DNA of 64,000 bases from Pseudobdellovibrionaceae bacterium (GCA_020635075.1 JACKAM010000002.1:365896-429895); one strand, 5' to 3'; numbered from the stretch's first letter, positions 45,191 through 54,971 are shown. Notes: a model not told the origin generated them from the sequence alone. Translations and numbers: made by a program.

Positions 45191-45559
45191 CTACTGCCCA
45201 TATCGCTTCTTCAGGATTCTGCGCAGGGAGGACTCTAGTTCTTGTGTTTTTTGGGTGACGAAATCCCAGATCATTTGGGCGTCGATTGTCATGTAGGCGT
45301 GGCCGATTCTGTTTCTCAGGCCTTTTAGGGCTGGCCATTCTAAGTCTTCGGGAAAGTGTTGGATAATTCGGTCTGGGGAGGATTCTAGGTTGGTTACCTG
45401 TTCTCCCAGGTGGGATAGTTGCATGCAGATGGCATCAAAGGATTCACGCTGTTTAAGGAAGTCCTCTTTGCTGGTGTTTGCTGCGTATTCTTGAATCTTT
45501 ACGCAGGCATTGATCATTTCCGTCAAATAGAGATCGCTTCCTTGGTACTTTTTAGACAT
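45191..45559 (-). CDS. hepT: HepT-like (DUF86) ribonuclease toxin, type VII TA system
   Basis: R-x4-H-x-Y motif RNRIGHAY. 122 aa. An 8-nt overlap joins it to the upstream nucleotidyltransferase gene. Confidence 0.8.
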   Translation of the reverse strand: MSKKYQGSDLYLTEMINACVKIQEYAANTSKEDFLKQRESFDAICMQLSHLGEQVTNLESSPDRIIQHFPEDLEWPALKGLRNRIGHAYMTIDAQMIWDFVTQKTQELESSLRRILKKRYGQ

Positions 45560-46109
45560 AGATTAAATCCTGTCGGGCAGAGGCCAAAACTTCGGGGATC
45601 ATTTTATCAAATTCAACCAAATCGACTTTGTGTCCGTCTAGAAGGGTTTCTAGAAAGGTTACTACTCTGCCGATGGTGGTGAAGCTGGGTGGTTCTGAGA
45701 ACCGAACGGCTATATCCACATCTGAATTAGTTTTGGCCTTGTCCCTTGCACAACTCCCAAAAAGGGCGATTTCTTCGATACCGAATTTTTTCTTAAGGAC
45801 AGGTCGAACTAGTCTGAGAACTTCAAGGATCCGTTTCTTGCGGGGTCGCGACTTGGGAGGTGGTTTTGGTGAAACCACGAAATCCCCAATACGTATTTCC
45901 TTGCCAAAGATCTTTAGAATTTCCAATACAGTTGAGAAGCTCACACTGCCAATGCCTTGTTCAAGATTTCTCAAAGCCTTTAAGCTAATGCCGAATTTAT
46001 TTGCCACTTGGACTTGAGTCATGCCCAGGGTCATACGCTCCTCTTTCAGAGCGGCTCCTATGGCGGTCAATTCTGGCAGATTGCCTGGCATTCGTGGTTG
46101 TGCGTTCAA
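45552..46109 (-). CDS. mntA: MntA-like minimal nucleotidyltransferase antitoxin with an N-terminal XRE-type HTH domain
   Basis: HTH LGMTQVQVANKFGISLKALRNLEQG, and the NTase motif LFGSCARDKAKTNSDVDIAV (GS-x10-D-x-D). Confidence 0.8.
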   Translation of the reverse strand: MNAQPRMPGNLPELTAIGAALKEERMTLGMTQVQVANKFGISLKALRNLEQGIGSVSFSTVLEILKIFGKEIRIGDFVVSPKPPPKSRPRKKRILEVLRLVRPVLKKKFGIEEIALFGSCARDKAKTNSDVDIAVRFSEPPSFTTIGRVVTFLETLLDGHKVDLVEFDKMIPEVLASARQDLIYV

Positions 46110-46184
46110 TTCGTTAATCCTTACGTTATTATCCCTAACCAGTATAATAACATGTAAGTAGCTAAAAATAATACAGTAAATTTA

Positions 46185-46207
46185 AATTATCCTAAATTGG
46201 GATAATT
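46185..46207. promoter_or_regulatory. Palindromic candidate operator upstream of the mntA-hepT operon
   Basis: AATTATCC-taaattg-GGATAATT. A third ATTATCC half-site lies at 46128-46134, in the AT-rich promoter region. Confidence 0.5.
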
Positions 46208-46745
46208 TGTGTTTTCATTCATAATATCAATAGATTAATGGAATACCAGAAAGCAATAAGGGCTAAGGCGTATAAACTCCATATTTAGCCATCGCTCAAT
46301 GTATAGCACTTGATGTCAGCCGACTCCCCGATAGAAATCGGTTATGTTACTCTGGACTTCGGGCCGCCGGATTCTCTGATTACGAAAACCTGGAAAACTC
46401 CAACTTACCCATAGAAGTGGATATGGTAGCAGATCAGGATCTGGCGACCGACTACCGAGAAAGTGTCGAGCGAGATTAGGTTAGGATTTAGTTTTTAAGA
46501 CCGCAGCTCAAACGTCGGAGTAGTGGATTGGGCGGCTGACAGGCGCCTGAAATTTGGGAACTCAGATTCTGCACATCTTGGGGGAAAGTTCCCATATGTA
46601 TTTTGTTGGGTCGGGGCTTCCAGAAGTTCCTTTGTAAGTTAGTATAAATCGGTTGATGTCAAGATCACCTAAATCTAAATGGTGAAGGTAGATGCGCCCC
46701 TGTTGGTCTGTAAATAGTTTTCCTAATCGCTTTTGATACTGCCAC

Positions 46746-47171
46746 TCAACAGGTTTTCCAGGCATAAATGGTAAAGGGAATAGCCCAAATTCCTGTTCCG
46801 ATGGTGTCCCAAAGACCCAATCCCCAGCGCATGGTACCAAAGGCTATACAACAGACGGCGATCCCAAGGCCTGCGCTGAGCTTAGTGGCTTTGAGGTGTT
46901 TGATCATCAGTGAGCGAAAAAGAACCTCTTCTGAAACCGCCACAAGCACTAAGCCTATGGTCAAATCAAAATACCGAATCCAATCAGAGGGGTAGCGCGG
47001 ATACCTGAATAGAGCTCCGAACTTTAAGTTGGGCGGGGGATCACCGGTTGTCATTTCCAAAAGTACTACGGCAAGGATGGAAAGCAAAACTGTGTCTCTC
47101 AACAAAACCTTAGGTTTCCAGGGTGTCAACCCAAGCGACCCGAGAGAAAAAGTGCTTCGGGCAAAGGCCAA
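46746..47171 (-). CDS. CPBP (CAAX/Abi) intramembrane protease-like protein, probably degenerate or truncated
   Basis: Motif 1 SEEVLFRS is present. The second motif reads FGTMRW (His missing) and there is no third HxxxN motif. Only 141 aa. Confidence 0.4.
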   Translation of the reverse strand: MAFARSTFSLGSLGLTPWKPKVLLRDTVLLSILAVVLLEMTTGDPPPNLKFGALFRYPRYPSDWIRYFDLTIGLVLVAVSEEVLFRSLMIKHLKATKLSAGLGIAVCCIAFGTMRWGLGLWDTIGTGIWAIPFTIYAWKTC

Positions 47172-47181
47172 ACAGCCGCCG

Positions 47182-47595
47182 ATGACGGTTTACGAGAGAG
47201 TTTTCAGATCCATTTTGAAGAGGGTCGTGGCCTTCCTTGTGGTTTACCTGTTATCTTCCATCTGGCTGTGGGGATCGGGTTGGCTATTTTCCGCAGGTAC
47301 TGAGATAGTCCTGGCGGCGGCCGTCGCACTTTTGGTGATGGTTGGTGGCCAAGTCGTTCATATCGATTACCCAGGTGAAATTCGAGATACCACACGAGAG
47401 TTTGTTCGATGGCTTTTCAGGTTTGAGTACCTAAAGGAACCCAGGCTCGTAGCGTATCTGTTTTTGTTAGTGGTCGTGGTGGGTTTGATTGCGATTTTTA
47501 AACCTCATGTTGAACAGGCCGCAAATGGAGATGAGTGGATACTAGCTCCGACTGAAAAATTTTGGATTATCGCCCCTGGGAGCTCGGATGAGTGA
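47182..47595 (+). CDS. Hypothetical membrane protein
   Basis: I prefer the internal ATG at 47182, so it does not overlap the divergent gene. Three hydrophobic segments (VAFLVVYLLSSIWLW, IVLAAAVALLVMV, AYLFLLVVVVGLIAIF). Confidence 0.5.
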   Translation: MTVYERVFRSILKRVVAFLVVYLLSSIWLWGSGWLFSAGTEIVLAAAVALLVMVGGQVVHIDYPGEIRDTTREFVRWLFRFEYLKEPRLVAYLFLLVVVVGLIAIFKPHVEQAANGDEWILAPTEKFWIIAPGSSDE

Positions 47596-47684
47596 GAAAG
47601 CTCCAGAGAAACAGCCGGGGAATTTCCCTCGTCGGCAAATAGGCACCAAAAGTGATTTGCTGTTTGCCATCTGGTTCATTGGAT

Positions 47685-48134
47685 TTAGATAGGTACCAGA
47701 ACAGGCTTTATCTGACATCTCCCCAAGGCCTCCCCAAGATCAGATTGAAGGAGAATGGCCTTCAGCAGGCTCTCATAACAATCATCCAGACCATAGCTCA
47801 AGGGGTTATGGCCGCCCTCAGGAACCTTGATGAAGGTCTTTTTCGCCTGGATTTGATTCTCATAGTGGTAGAGGGCTCCAGCCAGCGGGGTGGCCGGATC
47901 CTGTTCTCCCTGGATATAGTAGATGGGCACTGGAATTTGCCACTCACGGCTATCATAGAGGCGGGTCACGGGATAGGGCCCACAAGCTGAAGGTCCGAGG
48001 GTGACACCTACCAACTCCCCTTTTTGCAGCTCCCACTGGAAATTGCCGGGCAGTCGCATCGGATTACATCCAACCCCTCTGGGGCCCACATCAATTCTTC
48101 CCCAAGGTAAAGCCCTCAGCAGTAGTCTTGTCAA
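47685..48134 (-). pseudogene. C-terminal remnant of an alpha/beta hydrolase (proline iminopeptidase-like)
   Basis: Only the C-terminal part is present (PVPIYYIQGEQDPATP...VPEGGHNPL, carrying the catalytic-His region). There is no GxSxG nucleophile elbow. The start is a TTG and the ORF abuts the 127-nt hairpin element. Confidence 0.5.
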
Positions 48135-48161
48135 AAGGGCTTAGATACATCTATCTGCATA

Positions 48162-48288
48162 TGAGACAGGTCAAATGACCTTAGATGCAAGGCGGACGGT
48201 TTGAAGCGAGTGGAATCGTACTAACTGGTACGTTGGAGCGAGATTCAAACCGTCCAACGCCGCAGATGAGGTCATTTCACCTGTCTCA
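48162..48288. repeat. 127-nt imperfect long hairpin (nested inverted repeats)
   Basis: Outer arms are TGAGACAGGTcAAATGACC (48162-48180) and GGTCATTTcACCTGTCTCA (48270-48288). Middle arms are GGCGGACGGTTTGAA and TTCAAACCGTCCaaCGCC. The tip is CGTAC-taactg-GTACG. It starts at the stop codon of the nuclease gene. Confidence 0.85.
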
Positions 48289-48780
48289 GAGGGAGCACCA
48301 GTCGATGACGGGTTTCGTGCCCCCATCATACCTAAACCCCAACTTCCTCCGCAGCAACAAATCCCCAACCGACTTGTTACCGTCATAAATCACATCAGCC
48401 AGGATTCGAAAGTACTTACCTCGTCCGACATCAAGGAGATCAATCCGCTTGGCTTTGGACAATTCCGTTTGCACCAACATCTGAGCCCGATAAGCCACAT
48501 CTCTTTCACAAGGATCGAGAGAGCGCATCTCAGCGGTGTTGATCCCGGCAATGCGAATCTTAGCGTGGTGACCAAGCAGGGGATGAACGTTTTTGATATT
48601 AAAAGTCAGTGTGTCGCCATCGTAGTTGTCGACGTACTCCACACAATTGAATCTGGTTTCCGAATGTCGGCAGGTAGCCGCCATTGGGTTCGCATCAGCT
48701 TCGGCCAATGAAGTCGATGCTGTTAGAGAAACCACGCTTAAGAGAAGACCAATGTTGAAAATCTGTGCTGCTTTCTTCAC
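48286..48780 (-). CDS. Secreted staphylococcal-nuclease (SNase/thermonuclease) homolog
   Basis: Signal peptide, then YDGDTLTF...IRIAGINTAEM...RDVAYRAQ...GKYFRILADV, a typical SNase-fold motif order. Confidence 0.75.
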   Translation of the reverse strand: MKKAAQIFNIGLLLSVVSLTASTSLAEADANPMAATCRHSETRFNCVEYVDNYDGDTLTFNIKNVHPLLGHHAKIRIAGINTAEMRSLDPCERDVAYRAQMLVQTELSKAKRIDLLDVGRGKYFRILADVIYDGNKSVGDLLLRRKLGFRYDGGTKPVIDWCSL

Positions 48781-49042
48781 TTGTTACCCCCACATCCCTA
48801 TTAATACCCTTCATCCTGAAGAAGTGATTGGTCTATGGGTACCGCACCAAATTTCAACAATCCACTAGATCTAGTGTTTTAAGCGCTGCATTTCTATGAC
48901 CCGGGAAATCATGCCTAGTAAGTAGACATCCCTGACGCTGATCTCAGCAAATCCCTACACAATCCTTACCTGGTGCAACTTGTTCCCCATTGACAGTTTG
49001 AATCCCCTTGCGGCATAGGCGCCCCCTTAGTAAGAATCACCT

Positions 49043-49891
49043 ATGAAGCCAAACACATTCACATTTACCAAAATGAGTGGGGCGGGAAACGTCTTCCTGA
49101 TGACCGACCTAAGATCTCCTGAATCCCAAAAGTTGTGGTCCCAGTTTCCGGCCAGCACCATGGATCGCAGCCAACTTTCGGGCCTGCTCTGCCAAAGTCC
49201 TTTGGGCTTTAATGCTGATGGTCTGCTATTTGTCGAACCTTGCGAGGGAAGTGAAGACTTCCAGTGGGATTTTTATAATGCCGATGGAAGCCAAGCTGAA
49301 ATGTGCGGCAACGCCGCCCGCTGCGTGGCCCGCTTTGTTCACGATCTTGGTGACGTGGGACCCTCGATGAACATTCGCACGATTGCCGGACCGGTGGGGG
49401 CTCGTATCATTGACGACTCTGAGGTCGAAGTACAAATGCCGCCCATTTCCGGAACAAAGTGGGATCAGTATGTGACCATCGACGACCTGAAAACCCATTA
49501 CCATTTTGTGAATTCAGGGGTTCCTCATGCGGTAGTAGGAAATGACAATGTGATTTTGACCGAAGAAGTGCGCTTCTTTGCCTCGCGCCTACGCAACCAT
49601 GAAGACCTCCAACCCGACGGGGCCAACGTCACCTTTTTCAAACCAGTCGCAGCCGGTGAGATTCAAGCGGTCACTTACGAGCGTGGAGTGGAAAACTTCA
49701 CCCAGGCCTGTGGAACGGGAGCCGTGGCAGCCGCCTGGTGCCACCACCAAAGACAGCAGGGACCCGCAACAGTTAAAGTGGGGATGCCGGGAGGACTTCT
49801 TACTGTGAACTTTTCAGGAGACCGCCCTCTTCTGGCTGGGCCGGCGGTTTATCTGGGCGAAATTAAGATCCACAGCGAATTTTTTGGGTAG
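49043..49891 (+). CDS. dapF: Diaminopimelate epimerase
   Basis: Motifs MSGAGNVFLM, MCGNAARCVARF and ACGTGAVAAA (two catalytic Cys motifs). Confidence 0.85.
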   Translation: MKPNTFTFTKMSGAGNVFLMTDLRSPESQKLWSQFPASTMDRSQLSGLLCQSPLGFNADGLLFVEPCEGSEDFQWDFYNADGSQAEMCGNAARCVARFVHDLGDVGPSMNIRTIAGPVGARIIDDSEVEVQMPPISGTKWDQYVTIDDLKTHYHFVNSGVPHAVVGNDNVILTEEVRFFASRLRNHEDLQPDGANVTFFKPVAAGEIQAVTYERGVENFTQACGTGAVAAAWCHHQRQQGPATVKVGMPGGLLTVNFSGDRPLLAGPAVYLGEIKIHSEFFG

Positions 49892-49897
49892 TGGCTT

Positions 49898-51028
49898 ATG
49901 GCAAACAAAGAAAAATTGGCCCATCCCCTTAAAGTCGAAAAAATCATTCAGGAGACCCCTGATACTAAATCATTGGTCTTTACCATCCCCCCAGAGCTGG
50001 GCGAGGACTATCGCTATGAAGCCGGGCAATTCACTAGCCTGTTTATGAATGTTGGCGGCGAGGAGATCGTGCGCAGCTATAGTCTTTGCACGGCTCCCGA
50101 AACCGATTCTGAATTTAAGATTACGATCAAAAAAGTTCCTCATGGGAGAGGCAGCACTTATTTGGTCGATGAAGTCCAAGTCGGTGACGAGATCTGGTGT
50201 GGCAAACCCAAAGGTCACTTTTTTAAAAAACATCCTGATGGCACTCACTTGATCCTGGTGGCGGCCGGCAGCGGGGTCACTCCATTGATGTCGATTCTCA
50301 AGCACACCCTGGCAACGACGGCCAAATCAACCGTGAGTCTTGTTTTCTCCTGCCGGGATCAAAATCAAATCATCTTTAAAGATGAGCTGTCCAAGTGGCA
50401 AGAGAGTTTTCCGGAGCGGTTTCGCCTGATACAAGTATTGACCCGGCCTCTGCCGGGATGGTCCGGACTGAGTGGTCGGCTCAATGCAGAAGCCCTTGAT
50501 GCTTTATTTGGACCACAAGAGAATGGTCCCTCGGTTTCCCGCCAAGCCTATGTGTGTGGCCCCACCGAGTTTATGAATATGGTGAAAGAATCATTGGAGT
50601 CGATCGGCATGGACAAAAAATCAATTCACAGTGAATCATTTGGCAGCTCTCACCCTCATCAAGCTTCCGCCGGCCAGGCTGGCGAGGGCCCCCAGGCTGA
50701 CGGTTCAGTTATTGTTGGAGATCCTATGGCCGACGCCGGCGAAAAGCCTGAGGTGATAGAAGCCTATTTTGATGGCGAAAGAGTCGAAGTGCCGGCTAAA
50801 GAGAACATGTCGATCCTCGATACGCTTTTAGAGGCTGGCCACAACCCGCCTTACTCCTGCATGAGTGGAGCCTGCACCGCTTGCATGGCAAAGGTGGAAG
50901 AGGGTCGCGTTCGTCAGAGGGAACCCGGCTCCCTGTCGCCTGAGAACTTCTCAGCCCGAGAAATTCTCACTTGCCAATCAGAACCCATGAGCAAACGGGT
51001 GAAAGTTCGTTTTACATCCGGGGATTAA
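49898..51028 (+). CDS. Ferredoxin-NAD(P) reductase-type oxidoreductase with a C-terminal 2Fe-2S domain (PaaE-like)
   Basis: RSYSL (FAD binding), AAGSGVTPLMS (NAD binding) and CMSGACTACMAKV (C-x4-C-x2-C). Confidence 0.75.
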   Translation: MANKEKLAHPLKVEKIIQETPDTKSLVFTIPPELGEDYRYEAGQFTSLFMNVGGEEIVRSYSLCTAPETDSEFKITIKKVPHGRGSTYLVDEVQVGDEIWCGKPKGHFFKKHPDGTHLILVAAGSGVTPLMSILKHTLATTAKSTVSLVFSCRDQNQIIFKDELSKWQESFPERFRLIQVLTRPLPGWSGLSGRLNAEALDALFGPQENGPSVSRQAYVCGPTEFMNMVKESLESIGMDKKSIHSESFGSSHPHQASAGQAGEGPQADGSVIVGDPMADAGEKPEVIEAYFDGERVEVPAKENMSILDTLLEAGHNPPYSCMSGACTACMAKVEEGRVRQREPGSLSPENFSAREILTCQSEPMSKRVKVRFTSGD

Positions 51029-51037
51029 TTTTTCCGA

Positions 51038-51466
51038 TTAGTGGCAGCAGACCGGTTTTTTATCGAGTGTTTTGCACAAGCGGCATTGCTTGCGATTGAG
51101 ATAGTGGCCGCGCAAGAGAAGCAGGCTTCCCATTATGGTCAAACCATACTCCCAGTTACCATCTAATCCGAAAGTGGCAACTCCCACCACGGTGAGACCA
51201 GCAAAGAGCCAGGCAATCGGCGCCCATTTATTATGGCGACGAAAGCCGGCAAAAACAGAAAAACTGGCAATGATGACAAGAAGAAAGAAGAACCATGCGT
51301 GACCGTGCCCTTCAGCCTGTACCCACTGGGGCACCAAATTGGGAAGCACCACCAGGAACACTGGAGTCAGCAGGCAATGGACAATGCAAAGCCCGGATAG
51401 CAATAGCCCCCAAAAATCCCATTGGGGAATTTCAGCCGTTGGTTGTGTTGACGGGGATTTTTCCAT
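51038..51466 (-). CDS. MerC-domain-like membrane protein with a Cys-rich tail
   Basis: Four TM segments. The first carries LCIVHCLLTP. The C-terminus reads CRLCKTLDKKPVCCH. Confidence 0.4.
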   Translation of the reverse strand: MEKSPSTQPTAEIPQWDFWGLLLSGLCIVHCLLTPVFLVVLPNLVPQWVQAEGHGHAWFFFLLVIIASFSVFAGFRRHNKWAPIAWLFAGLTVVGVATFGLDGNWEYGLTIMGSLLLLRGHYLNRKQCRLCKTLDKKPVCCH

Positions 51467-51664
51467 GCCCCAGGTAAATAGAGCCCGGGACTCAGCGAGT
51501 CAACGTTAATTCTGTGAGCCGCCCTGAGGTAAGGAATAGGCCCAAATAAGGTGTTTTTACTTCGTCCAGGTGGACGCCAATTGAGAATAGAATTGCACCT
51601 GGAGAGAGCTGTTCTAGAATACGACAGTGTCTCAAGAAATCTGGCTCAAACCTGGAGAGTGTTT

Positions 51665-51967
51665 ATGACAAAAAAATTCGTACTCATATTGAGCTTAGGC
51701 ATCGGCCTGACTGGGCTCATGGGATGCTCGACTCATTCTGTATTACCAGACAAGGAAGACATTAAAACTTCCCGTGAAAAGCCAGACGATGACTGCGAGG
51801 CACTGGGCAAGGTCACGGGAAATAGCATCTCCACCAAGGCCACGCCGGAACAAGTGCTGGAAGACATGAAGCAGGAAGCGGCCAATAAGGGCGCCAATTA
51901 CGTCATGGTGGAGCAGTACTCCCCAACCGGCACCTCGGTGACTGGCCTCGCTTACAAATGTCCCTGA
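51665..51967 (+). CDS. Small lipoprotein
   Basis: Internal ATG at 51665. The N-terminus MTKKFVLILSLGIGLTGLMGCS carries a lipobox (L-M-G-C). Confidence 0.65.
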   Translation: MTKKFVLILSLGIGLTGLMGCSTHSVLPDKEDIKTSREKPDDDCEALGKVTGNSISTKATPEQVLEDMKQEAANKGANYVMVEQYSPTGTSVTGLAYKCP

Positions 51968-51977
51968 TTTAAAAACT

Positions 51978-52006
51978 CAAGGGACTGGAGATGAGCCAGT
52001 CCCTTG
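51978..52006. terminator. Bidirectional hairpin terminator between convergent genes
   Basis: CAAGGGACTGG-agatgag-CCAGTCCCTTG (11-bp perfect stem). The T-tracts are weak. Confidence 0.5.
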
Positions 52007-52070
52007 TATGACCTTTAGAAAGTAGAAGATAAACAGCCTGCTGCCGCAGGAGAAAAACCCAACAACAAAA

Positions 52071-52589
52071 CTAACGATTCAGTGGCTCAAACTGCCAGTC
52101 GCCTGCACGGTTGAATCCGGCCACCATTCTGTCCGGCAGTGTCCCGCCCTGGCGAGCGGCCTCAATAATCTTACTGACCACCTCGGTGTTACGGTCCCAG
52201 GGACGGTTCATAAAGGCGACGATGCAGTAGCTTTGATATTCAAAAGACTGGTCTTCATGGTTAAAGCCCTGAACAAAATCAACTCCGGACATACGCCACT
52301 CAGAATATACGGCCTGCCCCACATAGCGCATGAGATACTCTTCAGCTAAGGGGCTGACCTTCCCTGGTATGTGGCAAACCTTGCGGGCCTCACCAATTAA
52401 AAGATCCAAAGGAGTTTCCGGATTGGCCGCATACGGAGAGGGCTCGGAACTTGAAAGCAGAAGACCAAAGTACTGATCAGGGGTCATTCCCATATAGTGA
52501 TCAGTCTCACCTTCTCCAGCGCTGGCACCCAGGCAGGATGCAGCCAGAGCCACACAACAAACCCATTGATAGAACTTTTTTGCTTTCAT
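52071..52589 (-). CDS. Secreted hypothetical protein
   Basis: 172 aa with signal peptide (CCVALAASCLGASA). No recognisable motif. Confidence 0.55.
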   Translation of the reverse strand: MKAKKFYQWVCCVALAASCLGASAGEGETDHYMGMTPDQYFGLLLSSSEPSPYAANPETPLDLLIGEARKVCHIPGKVSPLAEEYLMRYVGQAVYSEWRMSGVDFVQGFNHEDQSFEYQSYCIVAFMNRPWDRNTEVVSKIIEAARQGGTLPDRMVAGFNRAGDWQFEPLNR

Positions 52590-52753
52590 AACAGTCCCCT
52601 CTTGGCAAAGAACCCGTTTTACCCATTTGCTTACACAACTGCTTTTGTCACAGCTGACAAAAAAAAATGAGTGCCAACTGGGACACCTAAATTTTTAACA
52701 TCGGACAATTGGAAATCTTGGATGGGGTTTTAGCCCACCCCTGAAGGGAGCCA

Positions 52754-53476
52754 TTAGGAATTCTTATTGCCGCCCTGGATTATGCCGTGAATGAAGGCCT
52801 TGAGCTCCATAAGGACCTGGAAGGGAATTTCGTGCCCCCCGCGAAAGGCCCGCAGGTGGCCTTTCCAGCCCCCTGCGCGGAGGAGCTGCTCAAGCTTTTG
52901 AGCTGCGGAAAAGGACAAAAGAGCGTCCTGGGTCCCATGGGATTGAAAGAAGGGGACTGGTGGCCGGCTTTTCACCTTTTCCCGCCAGGCCGCCTGATCC
53001 AGGAGAGTTCCTGAAAGCAAAACAGCTCCATCCACCTTCATGGGAGTCGAAAGCACCACCTCGGTGGACAGCATCGCCCCTTGGCTAAAGCCGCCGACAA
53101 TGACCTTTGAGTAGTCTTCGGGACCCAGCGCTTTAAAGAGCTTTTGGACGTCGAGGAGGACCTTATCCATTTCTACGGGCCGCAGATCCGACATCTCTCG
53201 ATGGGTGCCAGCTGCCATGGCCTGCTCCAGGCCTTGAACATCAATTTGAAACCAGGCCCGGCCTGTCCAACCGGGGCCAATGGGGACTTCCAGGGTACCG
53301 TTGGGAAAAACCCAAGTGGCTCCTTCAACTCCCAGTTCGTGACTGAGAGGGGCCAAGTCCCAGGCGTCGGCACCATAGCCATGAAAAAACACGATGAGCG
53401 GTCCACAATCTTCACCTGGAAGATAAACACAGTCCAGTCCACCAATTTTTTCCAGTCGTTGCTTGCGAAGTCCCAT
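52754..53476 (-). CDS. Phospholipase/carboxylesterase-family alpha/beta hydrolase
   Basis: Motifs FFHGYGAD, GGFSQGAM (nucleophile elbow) and GGHEI. Confidence 0.75.
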   Translation of the reverse strand: MGLRKQRLEKIGGLDCVYLPGEDCGPLIVFFHGYGADAWDLAPLSHELGVEGATWVFPNGTLEVPIGPGWTGRAWFQIDVQGLEQAMAAGTHREMSDLRPVEMDKVLLDVQKLFKALGPEDYSKVIVGGFSQGAMLSTEVVLSTPMKVDGAVLLSGTLLDQAAWREKVKSRPPVPFFQSHGTQDALLSFSAAQKLEQLLRAGGWKGHLRAFRGGHEIPFQVLMELKAFIHGIIQGGNKNS

Positions 53477-53587
53477 GGCAGATTGTTAAACCCTCTTTAG
53501 GGAACAAACAAGGGAAATGAGGGACTTTGACATCGGTGCTGAGCCATGTTGTTTTAGGCCCTTCATCCCCACGGCAAGGAGTGAGAA

Positions 53588-54748
53588 ATGAAGTCCATCA
53601 ACACGATTTTATTGCTTGGCTCAGGTGAACTTGGCCGCGAGCTGACCATCTCGCTCAAAAGACTCGGACAAAAGGTAATTGCCGTGGACAAATATCCTTT
53701 AGCTCCGGCTATGCAGGTTGCCGATGGGTTTGAAGTCATCGATATGCTAAACGGAGACGAGCTGCAGAGTTTGGTCGATAAACACCAACCCGATATTATT
53801 ATTCCTGAGATCGAGGCAATCAGAACCTCTAAGCTTCAGGAGTTTGAATCTCAAGGGACCATTGTGATTCCTACGGCCGAGGCTGCCCACCTGACCATGA
53901 ACCGGGACGCCATTCGTGATGTGGCCGCCAATGAGTTGGGATTGAGAACTGCTCGCTTTGCTTACGCAGAAAGTGAAGAACAACTGCTTGAAGTGTGTCT
54001 GGACATTGGCTTCCCTTGTGTCATCAAGCCCGTGATGTCCTCATCAGGCAAAGGTCAAACTGTCGCCAAAAAACCTGAAGAGGTAAGGGCTTCGTGGCAG
54101 GCGGCCCAGGAACAAAAGCGAGGAGACCAACTCAAGGTCATTGTTGAAGAGTTTATTGATTTTCACCTGGAAATTACCCTTCTCACAGTTCGTCAGCGCA
54201 ATGGCCAGACTCTCTTTGTCGATCCCATCGGCCATCGCCAAGAGAGAGGTGATTATCAGGAGTCCTGGATTCCTGCCGAGATGACACCCAATCAACTTAA
54301 AGAAGCCAAGTCGATGGCCAGGAAGATGACTGATCGCCTTGGTGGTGCAGGGATTTTTGGCGTCGAGTTTTTTGTAACTCGGGATAGCGTTTATTTTTCT
54401 GAACTCTCGCCCAGACCCCATGATACGGGGATGGTGACCTTGATCTCACAAAACTTCTCGGAGTTTGATCTTCACGCCAGAGCCGTTCTGGGCCTGCCCA
54501 TTCCTGAGATTGAATACTTTGGTCCGTCGGCCTCAGCTGTGATTCTGGCTGATCGTGAAATGGAAAGTGTTAAGAGTTATGAGGGAGTAGATAAGGCCCT
54601 CGGTGAAAAGGGCACTGACATTCGCTTGTTTGCCAAGCCCAATGCCCGCCAGTACAGACGGATGGGAGTCGCTCTGGCGCGCAGTAAGAGCACCAGACAG
54701 GCGCGAAACATGGCCGCCAAAGCCGCCTCACAGGTGAGCCTGAAGTAA
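53588..54748 (+). CDS. purT: Formate-dependent phosphoribosylglycinamide formyltransferase
   Basis: N-terminus LLLGSGELGRE, ATP-grasp core VIKPVMSSSGKGQ, and SPRPHDTG. Confidence 0.85.
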   Translation: MKSINTILLLGSGELGRELTISLKRLGQKVIAVDKYPLAPAMQVADGFEVIDMLNGDELQSLVDKHQPDIIIPEIEAIRTSKLQEFESQGTIVIPTAEAAHLTMNRDAIRDVAANELGLRTARFAYAESEEQLLEVCLDIGFPCVIKPVMSSSGKGQTVAKKPEEVRASWQAAQEQKRGDQLKVIVEEFIDFHLEITLLTVRQRNGQTLFVDPIGHRQERGDYQESWIPAEMTPNQLKEAKSMARKMTDRLGGAGIFGVEFFVTRDSVYFSELSPRPHDTGMVTLISQNFSEFDLHARAVLGLPIPEIEYFGPSASAVILADREMESVKSYEGVDKALGEKGTDIRLFAKPNARQYRRMGVALARSKSTRQARNMAAKAASQVSLK

Positions 54749-54971
54749 AAAAGCTGTTTCATCACGAGACAGCTCGATCCTAGTCATTTTGGGAAAAGAT
54801 CCAAACTATTGACAATTGGCCGTCGAGAATCTTGACACCTGGCCAATTGCTGAACGCAGAAAAAGGCGAATTACTAAATAATTCCGTGGGCTTCTGGCGA
54901 TATCGTCTAGTCCTTTGTATACTATGTACAGGATTTAGGGGGGACGTCGTTCGCGATCAGTTTTTTTTTCA

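Noticed and set aside
46562-46840. ORF 46562-46840 (92 aa) as the frameshifted continuation of the CPBP-like gene
   Set aside because: Its sequence is hydrophilic and lacks the FxxxH/HxxxN CPBP motifs. It overlaps the CPBP-like ORF in another frame with no homopolymer at the junction. It is left unannotated as a doubtful ORF or possible gene fragment.
52640-52670. TTGTCA-cagc-TGACAA followed by A9 as a terminator
   Set aside because: On the strand where a gene ends nearby (minus), the T-run precedes the hairpin rather than following it. The stem is only 6 bp.
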